64,000 nt of DNA from Macrostomum hystrix (Eukaryota > Animalia > Platyhelminthes). Position 1 is the stretch's first letter, and each line of letters begins with the position of its first letter. The stretch is taken from NCBI GenBank assembly GCA_950097015.1, contig CATNEN010000011.1, positions 744,001 through 808,000 on the forward strand. The letters run 5' to 3'. Under the pieces are notes generated by a model. The model saw nothing but the letters and a program-made list of their open reading frames with translations. It did no database searches and had not been told where the DNA came from. The translations under genes were made by a program, and so were the position numbers. Below, in pieces: positions 52,325 to 64,000 of this stretch.

Positions 52325-52477
52325 CCACTGTCCATGGTTCGATTTGCAACTTTTTGTAAATAGTATGTTTACTAGCAGCAATAATTACCGGGCGTAGCTC
52401 GTATCTAGACATAGACGAATTTAAAATCTGATATAAATCATATGGTGATGGAATAGATAGCCTTCATTTATTAATTC

Positions 52478-53145
52478 ACGGTAGAGCTTCTGTTGAGTTC
52501 TGTATTGATGGTGGAGCTTCTGTTGAGTTCTGTATTGATGGTGGAGCTTCTGTAGAGTTCTGTATTGATGGTGGAGCTTCTGTTGAGTTCTGAATTGATG
52601 GTGGAGCTTCTGTTGAGTTCTGTATTGATGGTGGAGCTTCTGTTGAGTTCTGTATTGATGGTGGAGCTTCTGTTGAGTTCTGAATTGATGGTGGAGCTTC
52701 TGTTGAGTTCTGTATTGATGGTGGAGCTTCTGTTGAGTTCTGAATTGATGGTGGAGCTTCTGTTGAGTTCTGTATTGATGGTGGAGCTTCTGTTGAGTTC
52801 TGTATTGATGGTGGAGCTTCTGTTGAGTTCTGTATTGATGGTGGAGCTTCTGTTGAGTTCTGAATTGATGGTGGAGCTTCTGTTGAGTTCTGTATTGATG
52901 GTGGAGCTTCTGTTGAGTTCTGAATTGATGGTGGAGCTTCTGTTGAGTTCTGTATTGATGGTGGAGCTTCTGTTGAGTTCTGTATTGATGGTGGAGCTTC
53001 TGTTGAGTCCTGAATTGATGGTGGAGCTTCTGTTGAGTTCTGTATTGATGGTGGAGCTTCTGTTGAGTTCTGTATTGATGGTGGAGCTTCTGTTGAGTTC
53101 TGTATTGATGGTGGAGCTTCTGTTGAGTTCTGTATTGATAGTGGA
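52478..53145. repeat. Minisatellite, 30-bp unit TG(T/A)ATTGATGGTGGAGCTTCTGTTGAGTTC
   Basis: About 22 near-identical copies between the convergent 3' ends of PQLC3 and the orphan gene. Confidence 0.96.
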
Positions 53146-53745
53146 GTTTCGTGACATGAACATAAAGTTCAATAAGTTGTCGTTAGTCGCACATTTATGT
53201 TCGTCATGATCATACTTTTAAATTATTGCGATCATTCTAACGATATGTTACCCACGATTCCAAGCTTTCTTGAAGCATGGAAGCACATTGAAGCACATTG
53301 CATCACTTAGCTCGTATCATTCAACTAGAACATAATATATGAAATTATCAACATGCTTCGAATATTAGAATGCACAATTCTAAAAGCGAAAAAATTTTGT
53401 TGTTTTAAGAAAAATTCCGAGCGTGTTTTTGTTTAGAATTTATTTTTTAAGCCAACCCATTCATTTGATTCATATTGAATCGAGGGTGACGTAGGATATA
53501 AACGATGTTTTTTAAAAGAACTGTTTCAGAAAGTGTACATAAATGTAAGGAAGCAAAGCATTTTTGGTAGAGCGCATTTTCAGATACAAAGCGAAGTAAC
53601 AAACAGAAAGACTGATATCGAGGAAGTTGATATTTCCTCGATATCAGTTAATTTTGGTTTTTGCCATTTGTCTTTAGCATGGAAATAAGAAGGCAAAAAT
53701 GGAAACGAAAGGTGCAGACTTCCTGCGCTTGAGAGGTTGGTTGCA

Positions 53746-56018
53746 CTAGTGGCGAAGTGATTTGTTAAGCAGTTTTCCCGGCCTTTTCGACTTCTGCCCG
53801 TAAATCGGCACCTTTGACGGAGGCGTCAGTACGACTGTGGTTTCTATCCAGTCGGATTTGGTAGTACTATTTTGCTGCGTTAGGCTGGACTCCATATTCG
53901 ACTTGATTGTGCTAGTGTTGCGCTGGTCGCTGGAGGTCTTGTTGGGATTTACTTCCTTTCCGCTACTCTCATCTGATCCGGATTGTATCTCAGCGTTGGC
54001 CGCATTAGTCGCAACGGTCTTGGCGGACTCTGGCGGAACTTCCAAGCGATCCATGTAGTACTTGTTCGAAGGATCGTCGCGTCCCACACCTCGCGACCTG
54101 TTACCGCCGATGACCGTACCGATGGGCCTTAGTTTATCACCTTTGACTAGGTTTACATAGCCAGTAACGATCTCATCTCTGCACTGAACTAGTCGCTGCA
54201 GCTTGGTATTATCCTTCAAGTCGCTATCGTCTTTGATGTCCTCTCGAAGCCTTGCATCGGAGAAGAATTCTGCTAGATCGAACCGATTTTCAAACACCGT
54301 AATCTTGACGCACTCTCTAATGTAGCTAAAAATTTCAGGCGTGAAGCGCAACTTCTCGGCATCGTCAACGCCCATGAAATAGTCGCGAAACTCCAGATCA
54401 CTTATGATGCTGAAATAGTTCAGCCAGCCACTGTCTTTAAGGGTCTTCGTGGCCAACTGTAGCGCGGCCCGAAAAGACGCTGTTTTGCCAAGTCGGTGAC
54501 ACTTTGACAGCAAGCCGCATAGCAGAGTGATGCAACAGTCGCAGTCAAATTCGTAGAGCGCCTTCGGCCAATCAACGTCAAGCTCGCGACTGCGCGGCTT
54601 GTAGGGCGGCAGGGCCTCCAGCCGCTTGCGCTGACCTTCATTGAAGGGCAGAGCAGGTTCTCCGCTCAGCTTGAAAATACCTTCTTTGATAAATTCCTCA
54701 GCAGACTGAATCAGATTCACAGTCGATTTCAGCTTCTTGTCGGCGTAAAAAGCGGCGCGCAGTAGTCGGCGTGGATAAGTCTTGCAGTTGTTGATCACCT
54801 GTCCGAATGGGAAGTCAGTCTAATGAAACCTCGGAACAATAATTACAACCTTACAATAAGTGGTTATAGGGCGGGCTAAAGTAGGGAGTAAGGCTGTTGT
54901 ACAAGTAAGACTGGAAGAGAAGCAAGAAGTTTAAGAATGGTCTGGTTTTAATCTGTATTAAATGAGACGCCAGACAATTGTTAGCACTAATATTAACTGA
55001 AATGTTTGATAATCCATACTATAGACTAAAGGCACCAAAGCCATGCTGAATTCCAACCTTTTCAGCGTCGCGAACCAAAGTAAACCTCAAAGCCCGGGTT
55101 GGCTGGCTCATGTAAGGCACTCTGAAGTGCTCGCTTGGCCGTTTCAACAAAGCTTGGCTTAGGCGAGCCATATTAAACGAACTGCGCTTAGTAAACATAA
55201 TGTAGAAGGCGTAGTCTAGCCAGTCATCGAACCACATATTTGTCTCAATGAATCGTTTACGATAGAAAAGCCGAAACGGTTCCATTGGGAACCAGTTGTT
55301 GTTTTGCAACATGTGATGAAGGATATCGTAGGATTCGGCCAGCATACCCAAGTTGTGGTCGTAGATGCACATTAAGTCACCGCGGGGGTCACCTGCGCAC
55401 GTGATAAACTGTGGCTGCCTGGAAACGGATAATTGGAGAACTGTTTCGTAAAGTAGCTTTTTAGTCTACACCTTAGCGACCAAAGAGAGACAAACTATTA
55501 GGAAGCAGAGGTTACCTTGCCAATACGTGCTTCTTGTTCGTATCCCGATTAATACACTCGAGCAGCTGCTTTGCCACTTTCAGCTTTCTTAGGTAGATAG
55601 CCAGGCCGAGCGGGGTCAGGTACATGACGGTGTGGCGGCTAAACAGAGACCCGGCCGTGTTTTTTAAGTCGAAAATCTCCGGCCGGTCCAGAATCTGGAA
55701 GTACTTGGCTTTGGTGATGACAAACTCCTTTTTGCCCTTCATCACAGTTTCCTGAGCCTGAATAGCGTTAGGATCTGGCTCGAAGCGAAGCAGGCCGCTG
55801 GATGCCTTGCCCATCAGCACCCGATCCAGCTCCTTGTCATTCTCGCTAACTATGTTATTGATGAGCCAGGTTGTGGTCGGATGGTACATGTCGAAGAATC
55901 TAGGTACCATCAAGAACGGCACCTTGCTGAGCTTGTCGAACTTCTTTAACTTGTACGATGCGTACGCTCTGCGCCGATGAACCATCGGTTCAGGCAGACT
56001 CAGCGTGGCTCTGGTCAT
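53746..56018 (-). CDS. Uncharacterised protein, 3 exons, ~638 aa, one ankyrin-like segment
   Basis: Exons 56018-55516, 55418-55058, 54798-53746 with canonical GT-AG junctions in phase (1917 nt). Non-repetitive, coding-like composition. TPLGLAIYLRKLKVAKQLLE resembles an ankyrin repeat; otherwise unrecognised. Confidence 0.75.
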
Positions 56019-57007
56019 GGTCACACTTTATCAATAATACGACAATCAATTTAACTCAACTTCCTTTGGTTTCCTTTTTTTCTTTCAGAGAAACACAGCC
56101 TTCTTCGTACGAGCGATAAACTTTTACCCGATATATTAATTTTCTAAAGTCGAAGCTTAGCTTAAGAATTGCACTTAAGATTTGTTGACTGCGTACAGCG
56201 GCCATAGACTATAGAATTCAGCAGTCAATATCGCGTGCAAGGTATGTCACAAAAAACAAAAATCTAAACTTGTTCCTTAGTTTACAAAATGAGTCTATGT
56301 CTGACGTTTTGACGCAGGTAAATTAGAAACAATAACTTGGTAACTTGGTAAGATAACTTGGTTATCCTAAAAATATATTGTATTTTATTTTTAGATATAG
56401 TCAACATTTAGTTTAAAAAATTATAAGAATTTTATTTATAATATTTAATCAGATTCGAATAATTACTATAACGAGGAGGGATCTTCTCGTAGGGATAATT
56501 TATTTCCTACGAAGTAAAGTCAAACTATTTTTTCATTGTTTAAATACTGGTCTGTAAATCACAGTCATTATTTCGAGTTATAAAGCCTAAATATGTTTAT
56601 TAATTAATTTATTTCTGCTAATTATTGAATTTAAAGACGATTTTAAGTGCAAACTGAAAGTTGATATTAAGATCACTGAAACGTCACGGATATAAAAAGT
56701 CGCAGATATTAAGAAACTAATCGTAGATTGATTGATTGAACCACAATTATTAAAAAGTTAAGAGATGTAGCATATTAAAATTTACTTAAATTTGATGACA
56801 AAATCTAAGCAATTAGTAATTTATACAGATTTCATACCGAGCATGCACAAGTGTAGGTAGTCTATTAATTGTTGATAATGAAAATAAATATGCACTAAAG
56901 CTAAGATTAGATACATTTTGCCTTCTTTGATCGATTCAAAGCAATATAGCTTAACGCTCAGTAGAACTAATTACTCAGTAATAGTGACATTCTTCAGTTA
57001 AACATTG

Positions 57008-60000
57008 CTAGACACCGCGAAAGAAGTCCTCGAGCATTCGCTCCACAATCTCCGGCGTGTATTTGACGTACTTGTCTCTCTTAGATGTGAATGGCACTTT
57101 GGCGTACTTCTCGTAAAACATAGAGTATTTGTCTAGCAGGAAGGCTTTGTTCTCGCGAATCAGATCCTGTCTGAGCTCGGAGTCTGGTACTGAATAATTG
57201 GCCTGCGTTTTGTGCACCGCCTGGAACTCTTCGTTGAAGCTCTGTGGAGAGAAGCAGGTGAGCAGCCTTTGTACCAAACAGCACGATCTTCGACTAGACA
57301 TTTTTTCTATAAAAGCTTTTCTATTGGTCGACAGTAACCCTCTAGCCCGCTCCTCTTTTCTATTGGACGTCATGACTTCGACTCTTTTCAATTGGTCGGC
57401 AATAAACCTCCAGCTCACTCCCTTGTTTCTATTGGTCAGCAATAACCCACAGCCTAGTCTTTCTTACCTTGAATTTCTCCTTAATTAGAGCTTTATCCTT
57501 CTCCGAAAGCTGAAAACAAAAATTGGAATAGCTTTAAAAACCTTCTATAAATAGCTTTTAAAAAGATAACAGTATTTTAATCAGAAAATTGGTTCATCAG
57601 CATATTCTAAATTAGAATCGAAAGAGAAAACAACTAGTTTTAATTAATACAGAAGAAAAGTGATTACGTGCATTAGAATCGTACAAGATAGTGTAGAATG
57701 ACATTAAGAAGATGTTAAGAATAAAAAATGACATTAATGACGGGAGCCTAAGAACTTCGAAGATAATTTTTTTTCATACCTTGCTTCTCCAGAACAACCT
57801 CACTCCCTGCATCTCTGCCTATAGCATACCCCACTCTCACAGCAACCTCACTCCCTGCCTATCGCATATTCACTCGCACAACAACCTCACTCCCTGCCTA
57901 TCGCAGACCCCACTCGCACAATAACCTCAATCCCTGCTAAACTCACACCCCACTCACACAACAACCTCACTCACTGCCTATCGCATAACCCACTCGCACA
58001 ACAACCTCACTCCCTGCCTATCGCAGACACCACTCGCACAATAACCTTAATCCCTGCTTATCACACACCCCACTCACACAATAACCTCACTTCCTGCCTA
58101 TCGCATACCCCACTCGCACTCGCACAGCAACCTCAATCCCTGCCTCTCTCACACCCAACTCGCACAACAACCTCAATCCCTGCCTCTCTCACACCCAACT
58201 CGCACAGCAACCTCAATCCCTGCCTCTCTCACACCCAACTCGCACAGCAACCTCAATCCCTGCCTCTCTCACACCCAACTCGCACAGCAACCTCAATCCC
58301 TGCCTCTCTCACACCCAACTCGCACAGCAACCTCAATCCCTGCCTCTCTCACACCCAACTCGCACAGCAACCTCAATCCCTGCCTCTCTCACACCCAACT
58401 CGCACAGCAACCTCAATCCCTGCCTCTCTCACACCCAACTCGCACAACAACCTCAATCCCTGCCTCTCTCACACCCAACTCGCACAACAACCTCAATCCC
58501 TGCCTCTCTCACACCCAACTCGCACAACAACCTCAATCCCTGCCTCTCTCACACCCAACTCGCACAGCAACCTCAATCCCTGCCTCTCTCACACCCAACT
58601 CGCACAGCAACCTCAATCCCTGCCTCTCTCACACCCAACTCGCACAACAACCTCAATCCCTGCCTCTCTCACACCCAACTCGCACAGCAACCTCAATCCC
58701 TGTCTCTCTCACACCCAACTCGCACAACAACCTCAATCCCTGCCTCTCTCACACCCAACTCGCACAGCAACCTCAATCCCTGCCTCTCTCACACCCAACT
58801 CGCACAACAACCTCAATCCCTGCCTCATACTCGTACCCACCCACGGGTACAACAATTTAACTTCTTGCTTCTCACACATTTTCTACTCGCAATACCCTAC
58901 TAACTCATAGCCGGCAGCTTTTTAAGCGAAATGCGAGTACTTAACTGGATAGGGTGCGGTCGATATGATGGGTCGACAGGGTCGATATAATAAACAAAGC
59001 TAAAATTCTAATAGCAGGCGTAAAGCTTTTGAATGGCAGAAGAAATATTTTAAGGAGGTCGATAAAAAAACAACAGTCGCATGCTGCAATTTAATGCTTT
59101 AAGCATTAAAACAAATACTTTTCCGGGCATATCCGAGGACATTCTCTGCTGACTCAGCGGCTTGTTCTTCTCCATTACAATTTCAAGCACTCGAGCCCAG
59201 CTAAACAGAAGAGGGTTAGTTTTGTGCCTTTGGTTAGAACTCATTGTCAAGTTAATTAACAACAGCTAAATTAAGCAATGTTGGACTGAAACCAAAAATG
59301 CTGTTAATAAAATACACGATTTGTTAATACTAAAGTACAAAACGCACAGTTGCCAGTGAAAAAATAATACATTAGTTAAGTTAGTATTTTTTAATTAAAC
59401 TGCTTTTTGTTAAGAAACGCGAATTTCCTTTCAACTGAAAACAGTCACCTATTTACTAACAAAGCCACAGAATATACACAGAATGCAGGATCAGCCCAGG
59501 ATCAGAAAAAAATCTACAGAAAATAATGTTCGCATGATTTGCTACTTTTGCGGTGAAGAAAGACAGTAGACACAATGCTAATGCGAATGCGGCTTGGATG
59601 GGTTGTTGTTGTTGCCATAGACGATTGACACTGCGAGTATCAGCAGAAATTTCATTGTTGTTGTATTGATTTCTTTACTGGGCAAGAATCGAACAGAATC
59701 GCACATCATTCTTGCACGCATCATTCAGAGAACGACATTCCTGCACGCTGAATCGGAAAACACAGCTGACTTTTGTGCAGCTGAAAAGCTATGAAGAAAG
59801 AAGCCTAGTAGAAACAATGTATTAGGGGATGAAGAACAAGATCATCATGTGAGGGGGTAACTGAAAGACACGGGATAATTTAACTAGAGGATATCTGCAC
59901 GATTTGGGGATAGTTTTAGAGCAGGGGTCGGCAACCTCCGGCCCGCGGGCCAGATGCGGCCCTCGAAGCTCCGAAATCCGGCCCTTAGCTCCTCCTAACA

Positions 60001-62737
60001 CCCTCTACAGTACACCCTATCTCATCTTTCCCCTGTCTCACCTCTCCCCTGTCTCACCTCTCCCCTGTCTCACCTTTCCTCTGTCCCATCTCTCTTGCGT
60101 CTTATCTCCCGCGTCTCATCTCTCTTGCGTCTTATCACCCCCGTCTCATTTCTCACCTGTCTCATCTCTCACCTGTCTCATCTCTCACCTGTCTCATTTC
60201 TCACCTGTCTCATCTCTCACCTGTCTCATTGTAACACACTAAAATTGGGGAACGAACCTCGCGCTGGCAGACCGAGACCCACTCTTAGTGTGCACAGAAG
60301 TCTCTTTTAAGCTAGCCATTTTTATGGCGATATTTTTTGTGTTATGTGAGAGTTTTGCAGCCAGGTCTTTGCTTTTCTACTTGCAGTAGTCTGAATTGTA
60401 TCTCTCACACTCATCTCTCCCATGTCTCATCTCTCCCCTTTCTTCATGCGGCCCGCCGTCGTCTTTAAGATTCTCTCTTTAGCCCGCGGGGTATATAAGG
60501 TTGTCGACCCCTGTTTTAGAGGTTTAATAACACTCAGTGTTTAAACGCTATCCCACTGGCTTATACACTGTAGAAGCCAAGCAAATATCAACAGCAATTA
60601 TGATTTCCGAGCCTGTTTTTAGTAAAGTTGACAATGACGAAACTGAAATGCACCAACTCAAACAAACCGAGGACAATTTAAACTGTTAGAATTATGTAAC
60701 AAAAACATTAAAAATCTATAAATAGAAATAAGGCAACAAAAAACAGAACAAAAACTCTTTTATTCAGGCTGGGGCAGGCAAACCTTGACAACAAAATTGG
60801 CATGCTTTGATTGGCCGCCGGCGATACTAATACGATGGCTAGTTGCACTGTTACCGACCGGAGCTGCGGATGCTGCAGCCACTGACGCCACCTCACCGCC
60901 CAGGTCTAAAGCTGCGGAGCATTTCTGCAGGCTAAGAATATTTTTTAAGGATAAAAATCAATTCTTGTATTTTTCTATTCGTCGGGATTCGATCAGTAAA
61001 TTAATTACTGGAATTGATCGATCTACGAGTATTGAATTAGTCGATTTTTTTCGATTTTTATCGAATTTATCAAACGAATCAAATTTATCGATTTATTGAT
61101 TTTTATCCGTTTATTGATTTTTATCGATATTTTATAGATTTTCAATTTTTTTCGAATTAACGGAATAAATAGGTTTGTGAACTTTATTGATATCTAGATA
61201 TATGAAAACTCATAAAAAAATCGGCATGATTATAGTAGAAATTTAACTTTTTTACAAACATACTGGGCAAAACTCAAAAGATAAAAAATCTTAGTTAAAA
61301 ATTACCTTACCCTCTGTTCAAATAGCTCAGTCGATTTTTCTTCTGGTGCTCTTCGAAGAAGCGAATTGCGTCATAGTTGAAGGCTTGAATTGTTGACGTC
61401 ATCTTGTCCCTGGCGTAGGTTAGTAATGGCAGGCATTTCATGTTATTATCCATGTTTAGGCTAATATATCCAAATACTTTTTTTATTTATCTATAAAACT
61501 TTTGAGTGTCAAAATTTGGTGATAGTAGACCCTCAGACACTCAAGAAGCAATTACACCGACTCCTAAAGGCACTCACGCACGCAGGTGTGCAACAAAAAT
61601 AGTCTATATACTCACCTCTCCAGTCTCTGCTGTACATAGCGATAATTATTGAGCAGAAAGATGGCCCTTAGAGCCGGATCTGAGTAGTGCTCAGCCCGGC
61701 TGTCTAGTGTTCTCAACAGATTGGCTAGAGTCTGGCTCAGATAGGCGCCAAGAACCTTCGCCTTATCCGCTTGGCGACCTCCTCCGCCCCCAGCGCCACC
61801 GCCGCCGCCTCCACCCGCGGCCTCTCTAGCCAAAATATCGTAGGCCGTGTCGCCAAACTCGTGCAATTGTTGCAGAAATTTCAACACCTTCAGCGTCAGC
61901 TCGTGCACCGTGCCATCAGGCGGCAGGGAGCGAACGCCGACGCCACCGCCTAAATCGCTGACGGCCAGACTTCCCAGTTCGGCGTTCCCTCCGCCACCGG
62001 ATCCGCTCATTGTCGACGCTCCGCCAGCGCCACCGCCGCTGTCTTTGACAATTTCGTCGCGAAAATCTTCCAAACTGCTTCTGGCCTGAGTTCGCATGTC
62101 TTTAGCCAGGTCTTCAAGGCCTCCGCGCAGCGTTGGCGGAAGCGACGACAGCTCCTGGCCGAGGTGGCGCAGACGGTCTAGAACAGCGACAAGGCGAAGG
62201 AGAGCCTCCGGATCCTGCTTGAACTCGCGGCGAACGCTGGCTTCGAAGGACTGAGGAATGGAAAGTGATGTATGAGGGCGAATGAGGTGGGGTGGAAGCT
62301 GAGGAGTGAATGATGAGGTGGGGTGGAAGCTGCGGAGTGTGAGAGTGATAGGTTAAGAGTCCGTGGAAATTCTAAGCACGCTTACTAAGCGTAGATTTGC
62401 AGCAATGATTCAACTCACGTGGACATCTTCAAACATGGTCTCTTTTGCTTTGCTGATAATCAGATCAGCCAATTGCTGAGGCCGGTTCAATTTAATACCG
62501 AACATTGGCGCTACCATGGACTCCAGCTGTGGGAATTCGGATTTTTTAAAAATTACTGTTAAATGTCCATTTTAGCAAAATGCCAACTTAAGATCCTGGT
62601 GCCAAGGAAAACTCACAATGGACATTCTAAGAAACGCTGTAAGCATAGCGTTAACATCGTCGGCGTCCAATTCTGATTGGTCAGCGGAGTCCGCGCCCAG
62701 CGCCGGTTGCTGGGTTAGAGCGGTGGGCCGCGACTTC
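57008..62737 (-). CDS. EXOC7: Exocyst complex component 7 (Exo70), 3' seven exons; 5' part not resolved, probably beyond the window
   Basis: Exons 62737-62617, 62526-62419, 62250-61616, 61409-61311, 59200-59119, 57509-57468, 57241-57008, in phase. Motifs LPPDGTVHELT, YSDPALRAIFLLNNYRYV, LSEKDKALIKEKFKSFN, YSVPDSELR, VPFTSKRDKYVKYTPE are diagnostic of the Exo70 C-terminal domains. Confidence 0.93.
57790..58830. repeat. Minisatellite, 40-bp unit CGCAC(A/G)..AACCTCAATCCCTGCCTCTCTCACACCCAACT
   Basis: Diverged copies 57790-58130, homogeneous copies 58130-58830; EXOC7 intron. Confidence 0.95.
59922..60513. mobile_element. Non-autonomous hAT (Charlie-like) MITE, 592 bp, in an EXOC7 intron, with internal minisatellite
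   Basis: TIRs CAGGGGTCGGCAACCT / AGGTTGTCGACCCCTG; exact 8-bp TSD TTTTAGAG (59914-59921, 60514-60521); subterminal GCGGCCCG motifs typical of hAT/Charlie ends. Confidence 0.92.
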
Positions 62738-62749
62738 CTGCGTTTCATT

Positions 62750-63415
62750 GGGTCAGGGATTAGAAGAGTGAAATGGGATGGGGTATAAAGTGGGTCAGGG
62801 ATGAGAAGAGTGAAATGGGATGGGGTATAAAGTGGGTCAGGGATGGGAAGAGTGAAATGGGATGGGGTATAAAGTGTGTCACGGATGAGAAGAGTGAAAT
62901 GGAATGGGGTATAAAGTTGGTCAGGGATGGGAAGAGTGAAATGGGATGGGGTATAAAGTGGGTCAGGGATGGGAAGAGTGAAATGGGATGGGGTATAAAG
63001 TGGGTCAGGGATGAGAAGAGTGAAATGGGATGGGGTATAAAGTGGGTCAGGGATGGGAAGAGTGAAATGGGATGGGGTATAAAGTGGGTCAGGGATGAGA
63101 AGAGTGAAATGGGATGGGGTATAAAGTGGGTCAGGGATGGGAAGAGTGAAATGGGATGGGGTATAAAGTGGGTCAGGGATGAGAAGAGTGAAATGGGATG
63201 GGGTATAAAGTGGGTCAGGGATGGGAAGAGTGAAATGGAATGGGGCATAAAGTGGGTCAGGGATGGGAAGAGTGAAATGGAATGGGGTATAAAGTGGGTC
63301 AGGGATGAGAAGAGTGAAATGGGATGGGGTATAAAGTGGGTCAGGGATGGGAAGAGTGAAATGGGATGGGGTAAAAAGTGGGTCAGGGATGGGAAGAGTG
63401 AAATGGGATGTGGAA
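62750..63415. repeat. Minisatellite, 42-bp unit GGGATGGGGTATAAAGTGGGTCAGGGATG(A/G)GAAGAGTGAAAT
   Basis: About 16 copies, partly alternating variants; begins ~12 bp from the EXOC7 acceptor at 62738. Confidence 0.95.
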
Positions 63416-64000
63416 CAATGTGGGTCATTGTATACAACTACCCAAACACAGCTATCTTTGTGTTGGAATTCTGCTAAGCATTTACTAATTTATAATCTTT
63501 TGTATCAGAAAGGACAAGTGTCAGTTTATCATTTAAAAAACGAAATCAAACTAACTCTATAGAAAAAACAATCAAATAAAAATCCAGACCATTTTACAAA
63601 AACATCCGTTCGCCTTGAATTTAGATTTTTTTCTTTAAAATAGCGAAACAACTAACAAAACAGAATCTTGCCACCTAAAAACCAAAAAACATTCGCAAAA
63701 CGCTACTTAAATTGACATTGATGAAGCACAAAAAATCATAATCGAGCAATATATATCTGTAAATATAAAAGTTTCCTAATCCCAAAATCGCTACTTGTTA
63801 CTTGTAGTAGAGCTACGAGCAAATAACATCTTTAGAGTAAAATTGTCTGTTTTTATTTTCATGGAATCTTTTATCTACGGCTACATCATCCAGTCACAAT
63901 GGCAGACTGCAGAAAATTGACCAGCGGACAATGATTTAGCAAATCGGTCGCAATCAATTGCTCTAAGCAACGAGTCTAAAAGATCGGTTCCTAACACCGA

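Noticed and set aside
52471-53209. 233-aa STINTELNRS repeat ORF with one N-glycosylation sequon per unit
   Set aside because: A 30-bp period keeps frames open on both strands, there is no signal peptide, and the unit variant is non-synonymous (T/S), so there is no sign of coding constraint.
62760-63477. ORFs of 225 and 234 aa
   Set aside because: A 42-bp minisatellite in an EXOC7 intron.

Overview
Eukaryotic, intron-rich animal genomic DNA. GC-rich exons, short introns and large intronic minisatellites suggest a free-living flatworm such as Macrostomum (inference only). Six spliced protein-coding genes were rebuilt by hand from GT/GC-AG junctions with consistent phases: FBXW10/CDRT1-like F-box/WD40 protein (+, 2579-16015), SLC1/EAAT glutamate transporter (+, 29002-33443), GRAMD4-like (-, 40970 to at least 46230, includes a GC-AG intron), PQLC3/SLC66A3-like (+, 48307-52324), an unrecognised ~638 aa three-exon gene (-, 53746-56018) and the 3' part of EXOC7/Exo70 (-, 57008 to at least 62737). 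Mobile DNA comprises a decayed Mag-type Ty3/Gypsy provirus with both LTRs and a 5-bp TSD (24750-28701), two hAT-type MITEs with 8-bp TSDs, and a tRNA-headed SINE-like family (4 copies plus a fragment) with conserved hairpins. About 17 tandem arrays explain most of the long ORFs in the ORF track. The most unusual observations are: two related minisatellite arrays in inverted orientation (foldback-like, 17.6-20.6 kb); ribozyme-like motifs inside the SINE that I could not complete into intact ribozymes; a 1.36-kb block with no CpG; a candidate alternative terminal exon of Exo70; a candidate 6-nt microexon; and the orphan gene. All coordinates and protein comparisons were made by eye and from memory; no searches were run.
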